From a virus, in IMG/VR virus record IMGVR_UViG_3300017957_001843, positions 11,244 to 75,243 of that record: a stretch of DNA of 64,000 nucleotides, one strand, 5' to 3'. The number at the start of each line of letters is the position of its first letter. Within the stretch, counting starts at the first letter, position 1. A program made the position numbers and the translations under genes. A model generated the notes under the pieces. It was not told the DNA's origin. It did not search any database and was given only the letters and a program-made list of their open reading frames with translations. Positions 58,726 through 64,000 of the stretch are shown in pieces.

Positions 58726-59687
58726 TATACAAAGCCCTCAGGTTTTCCGACAAATCCGCCTTTTGCAAAATCAGTAAGACTAAACCTTGCTTGTGATCTC
58801 CTTGCGTATTGTGGTGTACACGTTACAGTAATTGTAGCTGCTGCAGGCACATAGTTTGTTTCTGTTCCTACAGTAGTTTGAATATAATCTACATCTGCAG
58901 GTAAATCTGTTGTAAAATTAGTTATAAGCACAGGTATATTATTCAATACGTGTTTGCCATAACCATTTAATCTACAAACAACAGGAGGTTGGCCAACTAA
59001 GTCTCCTTCGCCACCGTAAAACATTTTTGTAGCACTTCGTAAAAAATGCAATGCTGCGATAAAGTATTGAGCATCTGTTGTGGTTTCGTTAATAAATTCG
59101 CCAGTGATAGTATAATTATCTACTTGGCTGTTTTCATATGCATTGTATGGAAAATTAGAATGTGTAGGTGTAATTTGACTATAATTAGCACTATGACCTA
59201 TCAACACCGTAGGAGTGAAGGGGAAAATCATTCTGTTTCCAGTTCCAGCCAAAGGTAAAAGTATATTTCCGGTCATTAAAATTTCTGGAACACTGATACT
59301 TACTCTCCAATCAGTTTCGTCTGCAGATGAAATATTACTAGAAAGTATTGCCCTTGTTAATTCTCTTGCTCTAGGTGCAGCATTATATCCAACACCTTGA
59401 GTAGCATTTCCAATCATACGAATTGCTGCACCTACATTTGCTAAACTGCCGCCCCTGTTAATTAAATTATCAACGGCGCCAACTGTACTCCGTAAATTAT
59501 TAGCAATATTTCCAACTTGATTAAGAGTGTTTACAAGTCCGCCTGCTGTGCTAAAATTACGTATGCTGCTAGAAGCCCTGTTAAAATTAGAATTAACATT
59601 GTTTATTGTTCTAGATACAGAGTTTACATTGCTAAACGCATTGTTTACTTTAGTTGTAAGATTGTTAAATGCACTAAAAAGTCCCAT
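58725..59687 (-). CDS. Baseplate tail-tube initiator/cap-like protein (gp48/gp54-like)
   Basis: FPFTP...ANYS...PPVVCRLNGYG...NIPVLITNF...P...TITV tube-fold motifs; first gene of the late structural operon. Confidence 0.6.
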   Translation of the reverse strand: MGLFSAFNNLTTKVNNAFSNVNSVSRTINNVNSNFNRASSSIRNFSTAGGLVNTLNQVGNIANNLRSTVGAVDNLINRGGSLANVGAAIRMIGNATQGVGYNAAPRARELTRAILSSNISSADETDWRVSISVPEILMTGNILLPLAGTGNRMIFPFTPTVLIGHSANYSQITPTHSNFPYNAYENSQVDNYTITGEFINETTTDAQYFIAALHFLRSATKMFYGGEGDLVGQPPVVCRLNGYGKHVLNNIPVLITNFTTDLPADVDYIQTTVGTETNYVPAAATITVTCTPQYARRSQARFSLTDFAKGGFVGKPEGFV

Positions 59688-59706
59688 AGATTATAGTCTC
59701 CATTAG

Positions 59707-59713
59707 TATTTAG
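59707..59713 (-). promoter_or_regulatory. Late-type promoter (CTAAATA) heading the baseplate operon
   Basis: CTAAATACTAATGGAGACTATAATCTATG with a GGAG RBS. Confidence 0.55.
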
Positions 59714-59742
59714 TTGACAAAGTTATCAGAGTATATTATAAT
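59714..59742 (+). promoter_or_regulatory. Perfect sigma70 consensus promoter for the gp55-like gene
   Basis: TTGACA (59714-59719), 17 nt, TATAAT (59737-59742). Confidence 0.85.
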
Positions 59743-59767
59743 AAATAATATTAACCTGGAGCCGTTT

Positions 59768-60610
59768 ATGAGACCTAAGAATTACCTAAACAATAAAGAT
59801 ATTCTAAAAGAAATACACAAATCAAAAAATACATTTAATAGCTATGTTGACAAGTCTAATGCTGCATATGACATTATATTAGAAAGTGTAGGAAAAATCA
59901 ATATTAGAACTATTGCAGAAGCAAAACGTAACAAAGCAAAGAGACTTAGTATAGAAGAATACGATAAACGTAAAGCAGCCGGTGAAAAAGTAAAACAAGC
60001 AGAGTGCGAAGTAGATTATAAATCTATAACTAAAGAAGAATTAATTTTTCGTGTAATGACATTCGAACACATTCCGGATGAACCAGGACGCAAAAAGAAT
60101 CCTAAAACAGTTGCAGATCACAAAACAAAACTAAATTTTCCGCCTTTTCAGCACTACAAATTTAACGATGCCGGAGAGCTTGTATGTGTAGGTAAAAGTC
60201 ATTGGGTAGGTGGTATGGAAAACGGATATTTTTCAAAAGACCACGGCAAAGCAACAGACAAACTTGCACTTATGTGGATGAAATTGTGTGATCGCTATGC
60301 AACTCGTGGCAATGTGAGAGGATACACCTATAATGACGAAATGCGAGGACAAGCAATACTACAACTTGCTCAAATCGGTCTACAATTTGATGAATCTAAA
60401 AGCAGTAACCCATTTGCCTACTACACAGCGGCAGTCACTAACTCATTTGTACGTGTTATCAACATTGAAAAACGCAATCAAAACATTAGAGACGACATCC
60501 TCGAAATGAACGATTTGACACCAAGCTATACAAGACAGCACCAAGGTGAATGGGAAGCAAGCGTAAAAAGAAACGAAGAAGCATCAATGTCGCCACATTC
60601 TAAAGATTAA
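59768..60610 (+). CDS. gp55: Late-transcription sigma factor, T4 gp55-like
   Basis: NYLNNKD; RGYTYNDEM...FDESKSSNPFAYYT; adjacent to gp47/gp46. Start moved to ATG 59768 (GGAG at 59758-59761). Confidence 0.8.
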   Translation: MRPKNYLNNKDILKEIHKSKNTFNSYVDKSNAAYDIILESVGKINIRTIAEAKRNKAKRLSIEEYDKRKAAGEKVKQAECEVDYKSITKEELIFRVMTFEHIPDEPGRKKNPKTVADHKTKLNFPPFQHYKFNDAGELVCVGKSHWVGGMENGYFSKDHGKATDKLALMWMKLCDRYATRGNVRGYTYNDEMRGQAILQLAQIGLQFDESKSSNPFAYYTAAVTNSFVRVINIEKRNQNIRDDILEMNDLTPSYTRQHQGEWEASVKRNEEASMSPHSKD

Positions 60611-60612
60611 GG

Positions 60613-60641
60613 TTGACAAGTGTATAATTACATAGTATACT
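60613..60641 (+). promoter_or_regulatory. Sigma70-type promoter for gp47-gp46
   Basis: TTGACA (60613-60618), 17 nt, TATACT (60636-60641); GGAGG RBS at 60657-60661. Confidence 0.82.
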
Positions 60642-60668
60642 TTAACAAGTATATATGGAGGATTTTCT

Positions 60669-61685
60669 TTGTTTAAGAAAGCTGCGGTGTTTACAGACAT
60701 CCATTTTGGCCTAAAAGGTAACAGTCGTGTTCACAACGAAGATTGTGAAGAATTTATTGATTGGTTTATTGCAACCGCAAAAGAAAATAGATGCGAAACA
60801 GGCATTTTCTGCGGTGACTGGCATCATAATCGTAACTCATTAAACTTAACTACTATGGATAGTACTATTCGTAGTTTGGAAAAGCTTGGCGACTCTTTTG
60901 AACAATTTTTCTTTTTTGACGGCAACCACGATCTTTACTATAAAGACAAAAGAGACATTAACTCAACTGCATTCAGTAGATATATTCCAGGCATTACCTT
61001 TGTTGATGAAATTACTACAATAGAAGATGTTACACTTGTTCCTTGGCTAGTAAGCGATGAATGGAAACAAATGAGTAAACTTAAAAGCAAATATGTTTCT
61101 GGTCATTTTGAACTTCCTAGTTTTTATATGAATGCAATGGTACAAATGCCTGATCACGGAGATTTAAGAGCAGAGCATTTTAAAAATCAAAAATATGTTT
61201 TTTCAGGACATTTTCACAAACGTCAAAAGCAAGGTGCTATACATTATATCGGAAATGCATTTCCGCACAACTATGCAGATGCGTGGGACGACGATCGCGG
61301 AATGATGATACTGGATCGAGAAAACGATGCAGAACCAAAATATATCAACTGGCCAAATTGTCCTAAATATCGAACTGTTAAACTTTCTCAACTTTTAGAC
61401 GAAACTGATACTCTTGTTAAAAATAAAATGTATCTTAGAGTTACACTCGATTTACCTATTAGTTACGAAGAAGCAAACTTTATCAAAGAAACTTTCATTT
61501 CACAATATAAGTGTAGAGAGATTACACTTATTCCTCAAAAACAAATTGAAGAAATTACAACTGATCTAGATATTGCACAATTTGAAAGTGTAGATCAAAT
61601 TGTAGCAGGAGAAATAGCAGAGTTAGATACAGAAAATTATAACAAAGGACTCTTGCTAGACATTTATAACGGACTAGAACATTAA
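60669..61685 (+). CDS. gp47: Recombination endonuclease subunit, gp47 (Mre11/SbcD-like)
   Basis: Metallophosphoesterase motifs DIHFG, GDWHH, GNHD, GHF, SGHFH; TTG start with a strong RBS. Confidence 0.92.
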   Translation: MFKKAAVFTDIHFGLKGNSRVHNEDCEEFIDWFIATAKENRCETGIFCGDWHHNRNSLNLTTMDSTIRSLEKLGDSFEQFFFFDGNHDLYYKDKRDINSTAFSRYIPGITFVDEITTIEDVTLVPWLVSDEWKQMSKLKSKYVSGHFELPSFYMNAMVQMPDHGDLRAEHFKNQKYVFSGHFHKRQKQGAIHYIGNAFPHNYADAWDDDRGMMILDRENDAEPKYINWPNCPKYRTVKLSQLLDETDTLVKNKMYLRVTLDLPISYEEANFIKETFISQYKCREITLIPQKQIEEITTDLDIAQFESVDQIVAGEIAELDTENYNKGLLLDIYNGLEH

Positions 61686-63457
61686 TGATTCGAATAAAAG
61701 ATCTTACAGTTAAAAACTTTATGAGTGTGGGAAACCAAACTCAAGCAGTAGATTTCAACAAAGAACAACTTACTTTAGTGCTTGGCGAAAACTTAGACCA
61801 AGGAGGTGACGATTCCGGATCACGCAACGGTACAGGCAAAACCACGATAATCAATGCATTATCCTACGCCTTGTACGGTCAAGCACTGACCAACATCAAA
61901 CGTAATAACCTTATTAATAAAACTAATAGTAAGGGGATGTTGGTCACCCTACACTTTGAAAAAAATGGTCAAGATTTTAGAATTGAAAGAGGACGTTCTC
62001 CAAATGTTTTAAAATTTTATATTAACGATCAAGAGCAAGATTTAATTGACGAGTCGCAAGGCGATAGTCGAAAAACACAAGAAGATATCAACAACTTGCT
62101 CGGTATGAGTCACGATATGTTCAAACATATTGTTGCACTTAATACATATTCAGAACCATTTTTATCAATGAGAGCAAACGATCAACGTGCTATTATTGAA
62201 CAATTACTTGGTATTACACTATTAACTGAAAAAGCAGATGTTTTAAAAGAAAAAATTAAAGAAACAAAAGATACTATTACATCTGAAACACTAAAAATAG
62301 AAGCAATACAAACTGCTAACAGCAAAATTGAAAGTACAATCGAAAGTTTGCAAAAAAATCAACGTGCGTGGCAAGCTAAACAAAAAACCGATATTGAAAA
62401 ATTAGAAAAAGGTATCCAAGAACTAGAACAAGTTGACATTGATAACGAACTAGATGCTCACGAAAAATTACAAAATTGGACTGAGTTAAATAACGCAATT
62501 ACGGCTCTTAATAAAGAAAAAAGCACACTCGAGAGCGCACTATTACGTGCCACTAAGAGCGTCGAGAAGGCAGAAAAAGATATCGCAAATCTTGAAGATG
62601 CTACTTGTTATACTTGCGGTCAAGCATTACACGACGATAAAAAAGAAGAAATTGAAAACAGAAAACAGAAAGAATATAGTGACGCACTTGCATATCAAAC
62701 TGAAGTTGCAAATAAATTACAAAGTGCTCTTGACAATCTAAACGAGATTGGAAATATTAACGGCAAACCTAAAACATTTTATGAAACTGCAAAAGAAGCA
62801 TATGATCATAGAAGCAATGTTGATAATTTAAAACAAGCACTTACAAATAAGCAGCAGGAAATTGATCCTTATCAAGATCAAATTGACGAACTAAACACAT
62901 CTGCAATACAAGAAATAAATTGGGATGTTGTTAACGACTTAACTAGTTTTAAAGAACACCAAGAATTTTTGTTAAAGCTATTAACTAATAAAGACTCGTT
63001 TATACGGAAAAAAATTATCGATCAAAATCTTGCGTACCTAAACAACAGACTTACATATTATTTAGACAAACTAGGATTACCACATCAAGTTGTATTTCAA
63101 AATGACTTAAATGTTGAAATTACACAACTTGGTCAGGACTTAGACTTTGATAACCTGTCACGTGGCGAACGTAACCGCTTGATACTCGGGTTAAGTTTTG
63201 CATTCCGTGATGTTTGGGAAAGTTTGTATCAGCACATTAATCTATTGTTTATCGACGAGCTTATTGATAGTGGTATGGATACAGCAGGTGTTGAAAACTC
63301 ACTAAGCATACTTAAAAAAATAGGCAGAGAGCGAGATAAAAACATTTACCTAATCAGTCACAAGGATGAACTAGTAGGCAGAGTTAATCACGTACTCAAA
63401 GTAATAAAAGAAAACGGATTTACTAATTACGAGAATGATATAGAAGTTGTAGAATAA
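61685..63457 (+). CDS. gp46: Recombination ATPase subunit, gp46 (Rad50/SbcC-like)
   Basis: KNFMS, Walker A NGTGKTT, coiled coil, zinc hook CYTC, signature LSRGE, Walker B LLFIDE, ISH. Confidence 0.95.
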   Translation: MIRIKDLTVKNFMSVGNQTQAVDFNKEQLTLVLGENLDQGGDDSGSRNGTGKTTIINALSYALYGQALTNIKRNNLINKTNSKGMLVTLHFEKNGQDFRIERGRSPNVLKFYINDQEQDLIDESQGDSRKTQEDINNLLGMSHDMFKHIVALNTYSEPFLSMRANDQRAIIEQLLGITLLTEKADVLKEKIKETKDTITSETLKIEAIQTANSKIESTIESLQKNQRAWQAKQKTDIEKLEKGIQELEQVDIDNELDAHEKLQNWTELNNAITALNKEKSTLESALLRATKSVEKAEKDIANLEDATCYTCGQALHDDKKEEIENRKQKEYSDALAYQTEVANKLQSALDNLNEIGNINGKPKTFYETAKEAYDHRSNVDNLKQALTNKQQEIDPYQDQIDELNTSAIQEINWDVVNDLTSFKEHQEFLLKLLTNKDSFIRKKIIDQNLAYLNNRLTYYLDKLGLPHQVVFQNDLNVEITQLGQDLDFDNLSRGERNRLILGLSFAFRDVWESLYQHINLLFIDELIDSGMDTAGVENSLSILKKIGRERDKNIYLISHKDELVGRVNHVLKVIKENGFTNYENDIEVVE

Positions 63458-63663
63458 TGGAAAGTGACACACACGATCAATTAGTTGAAGCATATTTAGA
63501 ATACTTTAGAGCCAACGAAACGTTTGAAAGACAAAATAGTGTCCGAACACATCGTTATGTACGGAAGTGTTTGCGGAATATCAGACAACTAGCAAAAGAT
63601 CGTTCTGAAGAAATACACGAATATCACAATTCTACAAGGAAAACCAGAAAAGGCAAAGACTAA
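63457..63663 (+). CDS. Small hypothetical protein (68 aa)
   Basis: TAATG stop/start overlap with gp46. Confidence 0.7.
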   Translation: MESDTHDQLVEAYLEYFRANETFERQNSVRTHRYVRKCLRNIRQLAKDRSEEIHEYHNSTRKTRKGKD

Positions 63664-63685
63664 ATTAAAAAAAAATACATAACAT

Positions 63686-64000
63686 ATGGATTGGACATAT
63701 CAAGGTAAACAAATCAATGTAATACCAGAAGAATACGAAGGATTTGTTTATCTCATAACCAATCTAAAGACTGGGCAGAAATACGTAGGCAAGAAACTAG
63801 CAAAGTTTAAAACCACAAAGCCACCACTAAAAGGCAAAAAGAACAAACGCAGAGGCTACAAAGAAAGCGATTGGAAAGACTATTGGGGATCATCTGATAG
63901 ACTCAACGCTGATGTTGAAGCACTAGGCCCAGAAAACTTCACAAGAGAAATTCTATACCTATGCAAAGGCAGGGGCGAAATGTCCTACATAGAGGCAAGA
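63686..64000 (+). CDS. Partial GIY-YIG (Seg-like) endonuclease-family protein, running off the window
   Basis: Hand translation: MDWTYQGKQINVIPEEYEGFVYLITNLKTGQKYVGKK...DYWGSS...FTREIL; GFVY...YVG is a GIY-YIG variant. Confidence 0.75.
   Translation, partial: MDWTYQGKQINVIPEEYEGFVYLITNLKTGQKYVGKKLAKFKTTKPPLKGKKNKRRGYKESDWKDYWGSSDRLNADVEALGPENFTREILYLCKGRGEMSYIEAR

Noticed and set aside
15624-59400. Many + strand ORFs of 60-203 aa (e.g. 25322..25933, 29407..29892, 57928..58377, poly-Gly 18336..18590, poly-Pro 22496..22972)
   Set aside because: They are antisense shadows of long - strand genes with biased composition and have no RBS or motifs.
59714-59767. Track start (TTG) of the 298-aa ORF
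   Set aside because: This TTG is the -35 box of the promoter; the ATG at 59768 has a GGAG RBS and begins the conserved sequence.
1-64000. Alternative genetic code, introns/inteins, tRNA or rRNA genes
   Set aside because: Genes tile densely in the standard code with TAA, TAG and TGA all used as stops; intergenic gaps are mostly too short for RNA genes; no intein motifs were recognised.

Overview
This AT-rich 64 kb window is from a large (probably jumbo) T4-like contractile-tailed phage, not a cellular chromosome. Right end (+ strand): gp55-like late sigma factor, gp47/gp46 (Mre11/Rad50-like) recombination nuclease and a partial GIY-YIG endonuclease. Centre (- strand, 14.4-59.7 kb): baseplate/tail module with tube-initiator-like, LysM/gp53-like and hub proteins, a lambda-type lysozyme, a gp5/VgrG-like spike with a C-terminal M15 peptidase, gp25, gp6, a 5270-aa structural protein, three paralogous fibre/baseplate proteins and two long fibres. 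Left end (- strand): a prolyl-4-hydroxylase-like 2OG-Fe(II) oxygenase and a DUF6065-like gene, then a tightly coupled 12-gene operon with four putative glycosyltransferases, five radical SAM enzymes and an SGNH-fold protein. The best candidate for a new system is the oxygenase lying directly downstream of a fibre gene with pure polyproline tracts (about 14, 17 and 26 Pro), followed by the glycosyltransferase/radical SAM operon. This suggests phage-encoded hydroxyproline formation and glycosylation of the virion, which is an inference and untested. Consensus sigma70 promoters, a relaxed TAAATA late-promoter motif and a start-codon-occluding hairpin are also visible. All family assignments come from motif recognition by eye; no database searches were run.
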